Positions 18,613 to 28,189 are shown, counted from the first letter of the stretch. The stretch is 64,000 bases of DNA from Deltaproteobacteria bacterium (GCA_033763315.1 JANRKS010000021.1:32001-96000), one strand, 5' to 3'. The notes: generated from the sequence alone by a model not told the origin. Numbers and translations: made by a program.

Positions 18613-19461
18613 GTGCCCGCCACAAGCCCCCCTCCCCCGACCGCCGGCAAATCCATCGAGGATTGGGCGCGGCACTATGTGCAGACCTGCGACCTGCACG
18701 AGAAGCTGGTGCCCCCCACCCTGCCCGAAGCTTTCGCCGACGGCCCTGCCGAACGTTTGCCGGCCCCGGGTCGCCCGCCCGAACTTGTGCCCGCCCCGCG
18801 CCGCGAGCGGCTGCCACGCCCCGAGGCGCTCATCGAAAAGCGCTTTCGCGCCCGCATCCTCCACACCTTTTTCCATCACGAGTTGCAGGCCGCCGAATTG
18901 ATGTGCTGGGCGATGCTTGCGTTTCGGGACGCAGAGCTCGAGTTCCGCAAAGGCTTGCTCCGCATTTGCCTGGATGAGATCCGGCACATGAATCTCTATA
19001 AGGCGCATCTTGAGAGCTTGGGCTTTGGCTTGGGCGCCTTCGGCGTGCGCGATTGGTTTTGGAAACGCGTGCCCAGCTGCACCAACAAGATTTCGTTTGT
19101 GGCCGTGATGGGCATGGGCCTTGAAGCCGCCAACCTTGAATACGCGCCTGACTTTGCCGCCCGCTTTCGCGCGGTGGGCGATGAAGCGGGGGCGCAGATC
19201 CAAAAGCTGATCGCCAAAGAAGAATTGGCGCACGTGGCGTTTGCCACGCGCTGGTTTAAGCAGTGGACGGGTGGTTGCGAATTTGATGTGTGGTTCGCGC
19301 ATCTGCCGCCGCCGCTTTCACCGGCTGTGTTGCATGGCAATCCAATTGCGCAGCAAACGCGCGCGCGTGCCGGCATGACCGAAAAATTCATCGCCGATCT
19401 GATGGCGTACGTGCCCGAGCCCAAGGGGCGGCCGATCCCCGGCTCGCCCGAGCCGCTATGA
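18613..19461 (+). CDS. Ferritin-like DUF455 diiron protein
   Basis: HTFFHHELQA, DEIRH, GLEAANL, EELAHV...RWF. Confidence 0.85.
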   Translation: MPATSPPPPTAGKSIEDWARHYVQTCDLHEKLVPPTLPEAFADGPAERLPAPGRPPELVPAPRRERLPRPEALIEKRFRARILHTFFHHELQAAELMCWAMLAFRDAELEFRKGLLRICLDEIRHMNLYKAHLESLGFGLGAFGVRDWFWKRVPSCTNKISFVAVMGMGLEAANLEYAPDFAARFRAVGDEAGAQIQKLIAKEELAHVAFATRWFKQWTGGCEFDVWFAHLPPPLSPAVLHGNPIAQQTRARAGMTEKFIADLMAYVPEPKGRPIPGSPEPL

Positions 19462-20318
19462 ACAAAGCCTTCGCGTGGGTGTTGAACCAGCACGCAGAGT
19501 TCGAGCTGGCACAGCCCGGGTATAACCCCAGCGGCAAGTTGTTGGCACAGTTGCATGAGCATGGGGCGGGCTCGCGCGCGTTGTTGGGTCCGCACGATGC
19601 GCTGATTGAAGGGGGGCCGCTTCCCCCCGGGGCATGGCTGGGCAGGGCGTGGTGCCCCACCCCGCGTGCCTTGGCGGCCATGCGCGCCACGGGCGTGGAT
19701 CCGGAGCCGCATCCTTCCGAGAACGTGCTGCGCCTGGTGAACCACCGCAAGTTTGCGTGTGACCTTCACGCGGGCCTGCCGCAGCAACATTATGTGCAAG
19801 ACGAAGCAGCGCTGGCGGCGGTGCTGTCACAACCAGGGCCGTGGTTGTGTAAGCGTCCCCTGGCGTTCGCCGGGCGCGGGCAACACCGCGTGTTGGCGAC
19901 GCTCGATGAACGCGGGCAGGCGTGGGTGCGCGCGTCGCTGTCGCTTGACGGCCTTGTGGTTGAACCCTTGGTCAAGCCTGTGCTTGAGGTCAGTTTACAC
20001 GGGTTCTTGTGGCAAAACGGCCGCTTTGAGCTCGGGCGCGTGTGCGTGCAGCACGTAAACGATCGCGGCGTGTATCAAGGCGTGCGTTTGCACGCGGACG
20101 AGCTTGGGCCGCACGAAGTTGCTGCGCTTTACACGCAAGCGGAACGCGTGGGCACGGCCTTGCACGCCGCGGGTTACTTTGGCCCGTTTGGCGTGGACGC
20201 GTACCGCTACGAGCGTGACGGCCACACCGGCTTCTGCGCGCTCAGCGAAATCAACGCGCGCTACACGATGGCGTTTGCGGTTGGCTTTCCACGCCCAGCC
20301 CACACGCTGTGGCTTTAG
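19458..20318 (+). CDS. ATP-grasp-like protein
   Basis: WLCKRP..AGRG, VVEPLV, GYFGPFGVDA, EINARYTM. ATGA overlap with DUF455. Confidence 0.75.
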   Translation: MNKAFAWVLNQHAEFELAQPGYNPSGKLLAQLHEHGAGSRALLGPHDALIEGGPLPPGAWLGRAWCPTPRALAAMRATGVDPEPHPSENVLRLVNHRKFACDLHAGLPQQHYVQDEAALAAVLSQPGPWLCKRPLAFAGRGQHRVLATLDERGQAWVRASLSLDGLVVEPLVKPVLEVSLHGFLWQNGRFELGRVCVQHVNDRGVYQGVRLHADELGPHEVAALYTQAERVGTALHAAGYFGPFGVDAYRYERDGHTGFCALSEINARYTMAFAVGFPRPAHTLWL

Positions 20319-21292
20319 GCCAACGCAGCCAACTGATCCAGGTGCGCGTGCACGTGTGACGAAACCCGCTGGCGCGCGGGATCCGCCCGGAACCAAGCGA
20401 TCGTGCGCGTGATGCCCTCAGCAAAGGGAATCTGTTGTTTGAACGTGGGCACACAGGCCTTGAGTTTGCTGTTGTCGAAAATCAGCGAATGCGATTTGTC
20501 CCCCAGCAGGCTGCCCGCCCGATCTGGCATCACGCGCGCAATCGTCTCGCTGGCCACGTGCACCAGGTTCGGCCGCACGCCCAACGCTTGCGCCAATTTT
20601 GTGTAGATCTGATCCCACGTCTGCACTTCGTCACCTGTGATGTGAAACGCCTCACCGTAAGCCCGAGGGTTGCCCAGCAAGCCCACCAGGCCACGCGCCA
20701 AATCTTCAGAGTGCGTGACCGTCCACGGTGAAAGCCCGTCTCCGTGAACAATGGCCGGTTTGCCCGCCAGCATGCGTTCCGCCATCGTCCATTCCGTCCA
20801 CCCGCCGAGCGGGACCGGTATCACCGTGTCGTAAGTCAAGGAGGGGCGAATGATGGTGATCGCAGGGCAGCCGGGCTCGGCGGCGGCTTGTTCCAAAAAG
20901 CGTTCACACGCGATCTTCTTTTGGCTGTACTCCCACACGGGGTTGTGCAAGGGCACGTCTTCGGTGATGGGTGCCAACCAGGGTTTTGCGTAACAAGACG
21001 CCGAACTGATGAACACATATTGCTTGCAACGCCCGCGCAAAACTTCGAGATCCCGCTTCACGTCTTCGACGTCAAAGGCAATGAAGTTCACAACCGCGTC
21101 GAACTGGTGATTGGCCAAAGCCGCCTGCAACTGACCAGCATCTTTTGCGTCGGCCACCAAGGCCTGCGCGCCCGGCAGAGGCCTGGCGTTGCGGGTCAAA
21201 AGATAAAGCGCCCGACCCTCCGCCACAGCCAACCGGCTGCAAGCCGCGCTTACATTGCCCGTGCCGCCGATGAACAAAACCTTTGCCGACAT
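20315..21292 (-). CDS. NAD-dependent epimerase/dehydratase (extended SDR)
   Basis: IGGTGNVS, FISSASCY, YSQKK, VHGDG. Confidence 0.88.
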   Translation of the reverse strand: MSAKVLFIGGTGNVSAACSRLAVAEGRALYLLTRNARPLPGAQALVADAKDAGQLQAALANHQFDAVVNFIAFDVEDVKRDLEVLRGRCKQYVFISSASCYAKPWLAPITEDVPLHNPVWEYSQKKIACERFLEQAAAEPGCPAITIIRPSLTYDTVIPVPLGGWTEWTMAERMLAGKPAIVHGDGLSPWTVTHSEDLARGLVGLLGNPRAYGEAFHITGDEVQTWDQIYTKLAQALGVRPNLVHVASETIARVMPDRAGSLLGDKSHSLIFDNSKLKACVPTFKQQIPFAEGITRTIAWFRADPARQRVSSHVHAHLDQLAALA

Positions 21293-21429
21293 CCCCGCAG
21301 CTTAGGGTGATTCACCGCCGATGCGGGCCCTAAATGTGACCCACGCCCGCGAGGCTTTACGCGCGACCGCTGTTCTTGCTTGCACCCGGCGGTATTGTCT
21401 GACAATCGAAGCAGGCCCGAAACGTACCA

Positions 21430-22566
21430 ATGCGAGCTCCCTCCACCCGCCTCACTTTCATCGACGCGTTGCGCGGCATCGCGGCCATGGCGGTGGTATT
21501 GGTGCATCTGCGCGACAGCAAGCACCTGCCCGACTTTTTCAGCATGCTGCCGAACCTTTTCGGCTTCGCAATCTCGAAGGGCCATTCGGGCGTTGAAGTG
21601 TTCTTTGTGCTGAGCGGGTTTGTCATCGCTCACTCGATCGGCCGCGCGAACGTGGACTGGCGGTACGTGGGGCAATACATGCTGCGGCGGTTGGCGCGGC
21701 TTGGGCCGCCCTATTGGGCCGCGATCGGGTTGGGCATGTGCCGGTACCTGCTGGCCGACCATTACCACCCGGGCGGCAGCGTACACATTCCGTCGCTCGG
21801 CGAGATCTTGTGGCACGTGGTTTATCTGCAAGAGATCGTATCGGTCAAATCGATCGATACGGTGTTCTGGACGTTGAGCCTTGAGATTCAGTTCTACCTG
21901 ACCTTCGCGCTGCTGATGCTTTTGGCCACGCAGCTGCGCCATAAGATCGCCAGCCTCAGCTTTAGCCAGACCTTCTTGATGGTGTTGACGCCCCCCTTGG
22001 TGTTCGCCAGCTTGTGGCCGATGGGCCTGCCGCCGTGGGTGTGGACGCATGGCTTGTTTACGGATCGTTGGCACTTGTTCTTGACGGGTGCGCTTGTCTG
22101 GCGCGCCTTGCAACCAGACACCCACCGCACGGCGATGGCGTTCGCGTGGGGCTACATGTTGTTCTTGGCCCTGATGTCGCTATGGCATTCCAACTTTCCA
22201 CTTGCCGTGGGCGTGCTGACGGCCTGCTCGATCATGACATGCGGTCGCTTGGGCAAACTCTCGGCGTGGCTGTCGAACCGACCGCTGCAGTTTCTGGGCA
22301 CGGTTTCATTTAGCCTTTATCTTGTGCACAACCCCACCACGTCGCTGTTGTTTGGGCTGGGTTACCATTTCACGCCGCACACGTTGCCTTGGCAAACCGC
22401 CTGGTTTGTCTTCAGCACAACCGCGTCCGTCCTCATGGCCTGGGGCTTCTATAAGTTCGTGGAGCTGCCCAGCCTTCGCCTCAGCCGCCGCCTGGGAGCG
22501 CCGAAGCGGCAACCCGTGGCAACATTCCCTGCGGGGCTGGCCGGAGCCGACAAGCACGCGTCTTAG
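21430..22566 (+). CDS. Acyltransferase family 3 (OafA-like)
   Basis: DALRGIA, GVEVFFVLSGFVI, WTLSLEIQFY, SFSLYLVH, VELP. Confidence 0.9.
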   Translation: MRAPSTRLTFIDALRGIAAMAVVLVHLRDSKHLPDFFSMLPNLFGFAISKGHSGVEVFFVLSGFVIAHSIGRANVDWRYVGQYMLRRLARLGPPYWAAIGLGMCRYLLADHYHPGGSVHIPSLGEILWHVVYLQEIVSVKSIDTVFWTLSLEIQFYLTFALLMLLATQLRHKIASLSFSQTFLMVLTPPLVFASLWPMGLPPWVWTHGLFTDRWHLFLTGALVWRALQPDTHRTAMAFAWGYMLFLALMSLWHSNFPLAVGVLTACSIMTCGRLGKLSAWLSNRPLQFLGTVSFSLYLVHNPTTSLLFGLGYHFTPHTLPWQTAWFVFSTTASVLMAWGFYKFVELPSLRLSRRLGAPKRQPVATFPAGLAGADKHAS

Positions 22567-22576
22567 CGGGACCGCA

Positions 22577-22936
22577 TCACAGCCAGGTGGCCCACACCGC
22601 AGCGGCAGGGCCCACGGTGGCCGCCTGACCGCAACGGACGATCGGCGTGCGCAGGAGCAAAGGATCCTCGGCCAGCAGCTGTTCGATGCGAGGACCGGTG
22701 GGAGCGGCATATTTTAAGCCGCGATCGGTATAGCGTTTGCCTTCGCGGTTGATCAGCGCCTCAATGCCACCCACCTTGCTGGCCACGTTCTTCAGTTCCC
22801 CCAACGCCATGGGCTTTTCCGCCAGATCCACGACGTGCAACTTGACGCCGCGTTCGCGAAAGAACCGCTCCGCTTTGCGCGTTTCAGCGCATTTCTTGGT
22901 GCCGAAGATCTGAACCGTGAGCTGGCTCTTGGCCAC
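22577..22936 (-). CDS. ArsC/Spx/YffB family protein
   Basis: IFGTKKCAETRKA, LLRTPIVR, ATVG. GTG 22936. Confidence 0.85.
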   Translation of the reverse strand: MAKSQLTVQIFGTKKCAETRKAERFFRERGVKLHVVDLAEKPMALGELKNVASKVGGIEALINREGKRYTDRGLKYAAPTGPRIEQLLAEDPLLLRTPIVRCGQAATVGPAAAVWATWL

Positions 22937-22938
22937 GA

Positions 22939-23319
22939 CTAACCCATGATGTTTTTTTCGTTGTGGAACAACGGATCGCCCATGCGGCACACGTTCTTGC
23001 CCTCGAATTGCACATCGAAGGAATACATCATGAACTCGCAGGCGCCTTTGATCTTGCTGCTCATCACGCCGCCCGCTGAGCCGGCTTCATCACCCGCGCT
23101 CATTTGGTACTTGGCTCCCTTGGTCATCGGCATTTGGCCATCCACTGTGACCTTCGTGGGGCCGCCGCTGGTGTCGCTGGCCTTGCCGATGTTGGGATAG
23201 GGAATGGGGATGGGGCCAGCGGGCGAAGGCGTCTTGCACACGTCGGGGAAGGCCATACTCATGCCTCCGCTGCCTTTGTGAGCGATGCCCCGCATATTCG
23301 CGAACGTTGTTTGCGCCAT
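22939..23319 (-). CDS. DUF4150 PAAR-like T6SS tip protein
   Basis: FPDVCKTP...PIPYPN, GDEAG, SFDVQFEGKNVCR. Confidence 0.92.
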   Translation of the reverse strand: MAQTTFANMRGIAHKGSGGMSMAFPDVCKTPSPAGPIPIPYPNIGKASDTSGGPTKVTVDGQMPMTKGAKYQMSAGDEAGSAGGVMSSKIKGACEFMMYSFDVQFEGKNVCRMGDPLFHNEKNIMG

Positions 23320-23462
23320 ACCGCCTCTGATGATGCCTACTCTTTTGCCGGACCGCCAGCTATCGCGTTAGGAAGCTTTGTCGGCCGCCGCAGCTTGCCT
23401 TAACCACGAGGGCTGACGCAACGGCCATTGCGTGATCGCGCCCAGGATGCTCCTCTTGGTGT

Positions 23463-24128
23463 GTGGGAAACGAAGACAAAGTTGTGGCGCTTGCGGGTGC
23501 CACAGGGTTGGTGGGTGGCTTGTGCTTGCGTGAACTTCTTGGCCGCCAAACGGTGCAAAAGGTTGTGGTGTTAGGGCGGCGCGCCCCCACGGTCACAGAT
23601 GCGCGCCTACAAATGCGAAAGGTCGACTTTGCGGCGTTACCGCCGCCGCAGCCGAATGAGCAGATCAACGCGGCGTTATGCGCGCTGGGTACCACGATCA
23701 AAGACGCGGGGTCGCAAGAAGCGTTTCGCGCCGTGGATCAGCACGCGGTGGTCGCGTTTGCAACTTGGGCCCGGGCTCACAACTGCCGCACATTCGTGCT
23801 CGTGTCGTCAGTGGGCGCGTCCGCAAAGGCGGGCAGTTTTTACCTGCGGGTCAAGGGCGAAACGGAAGCGGCTGTGTGCACGTTGGGGTTCGACCGCGTT
23901 GTGATTCTGCGACCGGGTGTGCTGCTTGGGAAGCGCGCCCACCTCCGGCCGGGCGAAGCTGTGGCGCAAGCCGTGTTGCCGATTGCAGGTCGCTTGTTGT
24001 TGGGTTCATGGGATCGATTTCGTGCCATCGACGCCGGTGTTGTTGCAAAAGCCATGGCGAAGGCGAGCCTGGCTGTTGAGCCCGGCACCTTCGTCTGGCA
24101 CAACCGCGACATCCTCGCTTATGCCTAA
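23463..24128 (+). CDS. NAD(P)-binding oxidoreductase (YraR/TIP30-like)
   Basis: GATGLVG, CALGTTIKDAGS, FYLRVKGE, RPGVLLG. Confidence 0.88.
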   Translation: MGNEDKVVALAGATGLVGGLCLRELLGRQTVQKVVVLGRRAPTVTDARLQMRKVDFAALPPPQPNEQINAALCALGTTIKDAGSQEAFRAVDQHAVVAFATWARAHNCRTFVLVSSVGASAKAGSFYLRVKGETEAAVCTLGFDRVVILRPGVLLGKRAHLRPGEAVAQAVLPIAGRLLLGSWDRFRAIDAGVVAKAMAKASLAVEPGTFVWHNRDILAYA

Positions 24129-24216
24129 AACGTGAGTGTCGTTACGCTATGCGACTGCCTGGGCACGCAGCGTAACGAAACGCGGCAAAACCGCCGTTTT
24201 TGGCGCACCTTTCGAT

Positions 24217-24233
24217 TGGCACGCATCGTGAAT
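24217..24233 (+). promoter_or_regulatory. Sigma54-like promoter (GG-N10-GA variant)
   Basis: TGGCACG-CATC-GTGAAT: perfect -24 box, -12 has GA instead of GC. Predicted start near 24243, at the hairpin 5' end. Confidence 0.35.
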
Positions 24234-24245
24234 ATTCAAGGCGCA

Positions 24246-24371
24246 GGGGTGAGGTGGCTCAAGGCGGCGTCTCGGGTGCTCATGACCTCAAACGTATTTG
24301 GGTGGGAAACATGGGGAAAACACGTTTGTGGTGCAAAGCAGTCGAGACGCCGCCGCGAGACTTCATCACTC
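24246..24371 (+). ncRNA. Candidate structured sRNA (long imperfect hairpin)
   Basis: GGCGGCGTCTCG (24263-74) pairs perfectly with CGAGACGCCGCC (24343-54), and an inner CAAACGT/ACGTTTG stem is nested within. Lies between convergent genes. Confidence 0.45.
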
Positions 24372-24377
24372 GTCCGG

Positions 24378-25460
24378 TTACGAACGCACGGGCAGATGAA
24401 TCGTGAAGGTGCAGCCCTCACCGGGGCGATCCTTCACTGATATCGATCCGCCGTGGTTCTCGATGGCACGTCTTGCGATGGCCAAACCTAAGCCAAAGCC
24501 TGACCGATCAGAGCCCGCTTGAACGAAGGGCGTAAATAGCTGATCGATCTTGCCAGGTGGCAAGCCACCGCAGGAGTCGGACACATCAATGTGCACAGCT
24601 GCCAACGATTGCGACGCTCTGATGTTCACGTGTCCGTTGGGGGATGTGAATTTGATCGCGTTGCGAACGAGGTTGGCCAATGCAGAAGACACGAGCCGGG
24701 GGTCTAGATCGACCTCGGAAACCACCGTCATCTCCACTTGCACGCGAATGTGCTTCTCCTCGGCAGCCGGAGAGGCCTCAAGCACGATCTCGTCAATCAG
24801 CGCGCGCAAGTCTGTGCCGTGACGGTTCAGTTCCTTTTGCGAACCGAGCAACGCCATATTCAGTGAGCGCTCCACCAGATCTTGAATGCGCACCATGCTG
24901 CGCTTAAGGACTTCGGTTGAGCGACCGGGCGGCAGCAAGGATTGGCTGGTCAGGGAACCAAGTGCCAATTGCGCGCTCATCAAGGGGTTGCGCAGCTCGT
25001 GCGCCACGAACGCAAAATGCTCACCGTTCTGACGGTGCAGTTCAGCTTCACGCTCTTCGCCATACTGTGACACCGCCTGCGCGATGCCATCAATGAGGAA
25101 TTCCGAAACCACTTCGTAATCCTCTAACGAGACCGTAACGCCCTCGGCCTTCGCGAACGCCAAAATGGTTTTGCGAAGGAGTCCATATTCTTTCACAAGC
25201 GCGTAGAGGTTAAACCCGAGACGTAAGCGCTGCAGACCGTGCTGTGCCGCGTGCTCGGTTTCATCCGGCAGCGGCCCACCGGACTCTAGACGCCGCAAGA
25301 CCAAGGACAGCTCGTCGAGAAAACCCGGCACGTGATCGCGCAATTCCACAGCGCTTACATTCTCGTAGCCAAAGGCGCTGCGGACGTCTTGGATCCACGC
25401 AGCCACTATCTCGTCGCGCTTTTGTGTGAGCAGCTCGTAAAGGCGAGGCACGGGCATCAC
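24378..25460 (-). CDS. Cytoplasmic sensor histidine kinase with RsbRD_N-like N-terminus
   Basis: AHELRNPL H-box, NLVRNAIKFT, DSCGG, GFGLGLAI; N-terminal HGLQRLRLGF. Confidence 0.9.
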   Translation of the reverse strand: MMPVPRLYELLTQKRDEIVAAWIQDVRSAFGYENVSAVELRDHVPGFLDELSLVLRRLESGGPLPDETEHAAQHGLQRLRLGFNLYALVKEYGLLRKTILAFAKAEGVTVSLEDYEVVSEFLIDGIAQAVSQYGEEREAELHRQNGEHFAFVAHELRNPLMSAQLALGSLTSQSLLPPGRSTEVLKRSMVRIQDLVERSLNMALLGSQKELNRHGTDLRALIDEIVLEASPAAEEKHIRVQVEMTVVSEVDLDPRLVSSALANLVRNAIKFTSPNGHVNIRASQSLAAVHIDVSDSCGGLPPGKIDQLFTPFVQAGSDRSGFGLGLAIARRAIENHGGSISVKDRPGEGCTFTIHLPVRS

Positions 25461-25517
25461 TTACCACGCGGGTGAGAAGCGAACAACGCGATCAGATCGC
25501 GGTCGACGCAAGTGTAT

Positions 25518-25727
25518 TTATCGTAACAGTGGGACATTCTCGTTACGACAAAACTCCCCCGTCTGCCTCCGCACCCGGGTCCCTGATCGATTGTCATAAA
25601 AGCGATGCCAGCATTCGAAGCATCGGTATGCGCGCTTAAACGTGAATAGGCGGACCATCAAGTCGTTGAAGCTAAAGCGCGATGAACTGCGGACTGTGGT
25701 ACCGCCGCAGACTGGGCACATATGCAT
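25518..25727 (-). CDS. Small zinc-ribbon protein
   Basis: CPVCG...YRCFECWHRF in a 69-aa ATG ORF. Confidence 0.65.
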   Translation of the reverse strand: MHMCPVCGGTTVRSSSRFSFNDLMVRLFTFKRAYRCFECWHRFYDNRSGTRVRRQTGEFCRNENVPLLR

Positions 25728-25750
25728 GTATAGGTTCCTGCACGCACGTA

Positions 25751-25767
25751 GTTCAAGCCGTATGCCA
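25751..25767 (-). promoter_or_regulatory. Sigma54-like promoter (GG-N10-GA variant)
   Basis: Minus strand TGGCATA-CGGC-TTGAAC, 24 bp upstream of ATG 25727. Confidence 0.35.
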
Positions 25768-25970
25768 AGATGAAAAACGGTGGTGTGGCACGGCTTTTCG
25801 CGTTAAGCGGAGAAAAGACGAACCGTGGGGAAGAACTGTGCTGGCCCCGCGCTCTAAGGTCATTAGGGAACATGGCGGCCGGATCGCGAGGATCATCTGG
25901 GAAAGGCTGTCGAGGACCAAGGCCCAGGGGTGTTGACGTTCTTGTGTCAACACCCCTGGGCGCTTGCTTG

Positions 25971-27158
25971 ATGGGGCCGGTCGCTCTGATGTGGGTCGCG
26001 GCATTCGGGTGCCACGCGTCTTCGTCTCGGATGGATGCCTCTGCCAACGAAGATGACAACGGAGGCTCTGGGGGCGGCGGACATACGAGCGACGCCGCCG
26101 TGATGAGGGGCGGCTCAGGTGCCGGTGGGCCGGCCACTCCGCCTTCGGTGCGCGATGGTTCTGTGATCGACGCCACCCGTGCCGGTGATTCAACAACAGC
26201 GGAGGCGCCGCGCTTGCTTCCGCCTGCCGGCAAGATCGTCTTGTTCATCGGCCAAGACGTCGATGCGATCAAGGGATACGCGTCGTCCGTTGCGTCCACC
26301 TTTGACGGCTTCACAACCTACACTTCAATTAGCGAGAACGCGCAAGGCTTTGTGCAGTTGGAGGGGCTAAGCCAACTGGCCAACCAAGGCGGCGGCAATG
26401 TCTTTGCGCAGGCTTTGGCCAACACCTTTCCCAGCGCTGCGGTGGCCTTGGGTCTTTACATGGTGGACCACACGGGCACAAACTTGGAGCACGTTGCCGG
26501 TGGCACGCATGATGCGGCGATTGATCGCTTGGGGGATTTTCTCCTGTCACTGCAGCGGCCCGTGTTCGTGCGCGTTGGATATGAGTTCGACGGGACGTGG
26601 AACCATTACGAACCCGAGCCTTACAAACGCGCGTTTCGTCACATCAGCTTGCGCCTGCGTTCGAAGAACACGAAGTTGGCATTTGTTTGGCAGTCGGCCA
26701 CGTACGGCGATGGCCGGTATCGGAATTTGCCGCTGTCCGCTTGGTACCCCGGAGACGACGTGGTGGATTGGTTCGGCTCCTCGTACTTCAAATTCACGAG
26801 CAAGCCCCACCAGGAGATGTTGGCGATGGCGCGCGAGCATCGCAAACCCTTGATGATCGCCGAGGCGACGCCCCAAGGTTACGACCTTACGAAGCTGCGC
26901 TCCAGCAGCACCGGCTCAAGATTCGACCCCAAAACCGGCATGCAGATTTGGCAGGAGTGGTTTGTTCCGTTCTTCAATTTCGTTTACGCAAACGAAGATG
27001 TGATTCGCGCCGTTGCATATATCAACACGCATTGGGACGCGCAGCCGCTGTGGTCGCCAACGGCCGGCAACGGTTATTGGGGCGACTCACGTGTGCAGGC
27101 GAATCAAACAATCCTCACGGCGTGGAAGCAGGAGTTGCTGAAGCCGACCTGGCGATGA
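25971..27158 (+). CDS. GH26 glycoside hydrolase lipoprotein (beta-1,3-xylanase-like)
   Basis: Lipobox AFGC, FIGQD, RVGYEFDG.WN (acid/base), WYPGDDVVDW, MIAEATPQG (nucleophile). Confidence 0.85.
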   Translation: MGPVALMWVAAFGCHASSSRMDASANEDDNGGSGGGGHTSDAAVMRGGSGAGGPATPPSVRDGSVIDATRAGDSTTAEAPRLLPPAGKIVLFIGQDVDAIKGYASSVASTFDGFTTYTSISENAQGFVQLEGLSQLANQGGGNVFAQALANTFPSAAVALGLYMVDHTGTNLEHVAGGTHDAAIDRLGDFLLSLQRPVFVRVGYEFDGTWNHYEPEPYKRAFRHISLRLRSKNTKLAFVWQSATYGDGRYRNLPLSAWYPGDDVVDWFGSSYFKFTSKPHQEMLAMAREHRKPLMIAEATPQGYDLTKLRSSSTGSRFDPKTGMQIWQEWFVPFFNFVYANEDVIRAVAYINTHWDAQPLWSPTAGNGYWGDSRVQANQTILTAWKQELLKPTWR

Positions 27159-27181
27159 TCTATGCCGCCGCGGCATAGGGC

Positions 27182-28189
27182 TCAGGGCTCAACACCGCGG
27201 GCAACGATGTTGAGCTGCTGAACCTTCAGCACCTTCTTGTCGCAAGGCAACGCCGCCCGCCACACCATCGTCATGCAACGCGCATCGGGAAGGAAGGTGA
27301 TGGTTTCCAAAAGCACGGGCGGGAACTCGTGCGCATCGGCCACCAGTGCGTCCACTTCGATCTGCAAGTGTGGCAACGCAAACTCAAGCGGCCCCCGCGG
27401 TGACACGCCGATGAGCTGCACGGGTTCGCCGCCTTGCAAGTGACGATTGAATGTGAACTCGGGCACCGCCACGCCAAAGAAACGTGGATCAAAATCGAGC
27501 GGCAAATACGGCGCGCGCTTGCGCTGCCAAGCCGAATCGTAGGTTCCTGAAAAAGCTCGGCGGGGCAACCACGCGGGCGCCACAGGAGCAAAGCCCGCAG
27601 GTGGCGGCGTGTCGCCCAAATGCCGAATGAGCGCGGCTGGATCTTCAATGTTGGGCACCGGTTGATTGATGAACTCGTCGGGCGACCGGCGCCCCAAGAA
27701 GCCAACGCCCACGGGGTTGCGTTCTTCAGCCAGCATCGCGCCCTGCGCTGACACTTTGTGAAAGCCGCCATAAGCGCGTTCCCACACCAAGGGCATCGCT
27801 TCGAAGGGCTCCGGGGCCGACATACCGCCGCCACGCCGCCATACACGGTTGCCGAACACCGCCACGGTTTTTTGCCGTTCGGCCACCACCACACGCACCG
27901 CGGACTGCGGTGCCGCGCGTCCGTGCGGCGCATAGGCGTGACCCACCAGCACGACGTCGGTGTGCGGCTTGTTGAGATGAACCTCCGCGGCCTGCTTCAA
28001 GCTGCTTTGCCCAGGCTCACCCACGTACTCGTCCGCCGCCGCCGGTGGCAGCTGCTCTGGAGCCAAAGTCAAACGGTCACCTAAGGCGAAGGTGGCCTTG
28101 ATCGTGACATAGACTGTATCAATGCCCTGCGGATCAGGGAACACCGCCAGCGCGGCCTTAAGCGGGCTTTCGTTCTTAAGCTGCAGCAT
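27182..28189 (-). CDS. DUF2169 T6SS effector adaptor
   Basis: IKATF, K..TDVVLVGHAY, WERAYGG, NPVGVGF, PLDFDPRFF, VWRA. Confidence 0.92.
   Translation of the reverse strand: MLQLKNESPLKAALAVFPDPQGIDTVYVTIKATFALGDRLTLAPEQLPPAAADEYVGEPGQSSLKQAAEVHLNKPHTDVVLVGHAYAPHGRAAPQSAVRVVVAERQKTVAVFGNRVWRRGGGMSAPEPFEAMPLVWERAYGGFHKVSAQGAMLAEERNPVGVGFLGRRSPDEFINQPVPNIEDPAALIRHLGDTPPPAGFAPVAPAWLPRRAFSGTYDSAWQRKRAPYLPLDFDPRFFGVAVPEFTFNRHLQGGEPVQLIGVSPRGPLEFALPHLQIEVDALVADAHEFPPVLLETITFLPDARCMTMVWRAALPCDKKVLKVQQLNIVARGVEP

Noticed and set aside
25786-25801. TGGCACG-GCTT-TTCGC sigma54-like site upstream of GH26
   Set aside because: GG-to-GC spacing is 11 rather than the strict 10.
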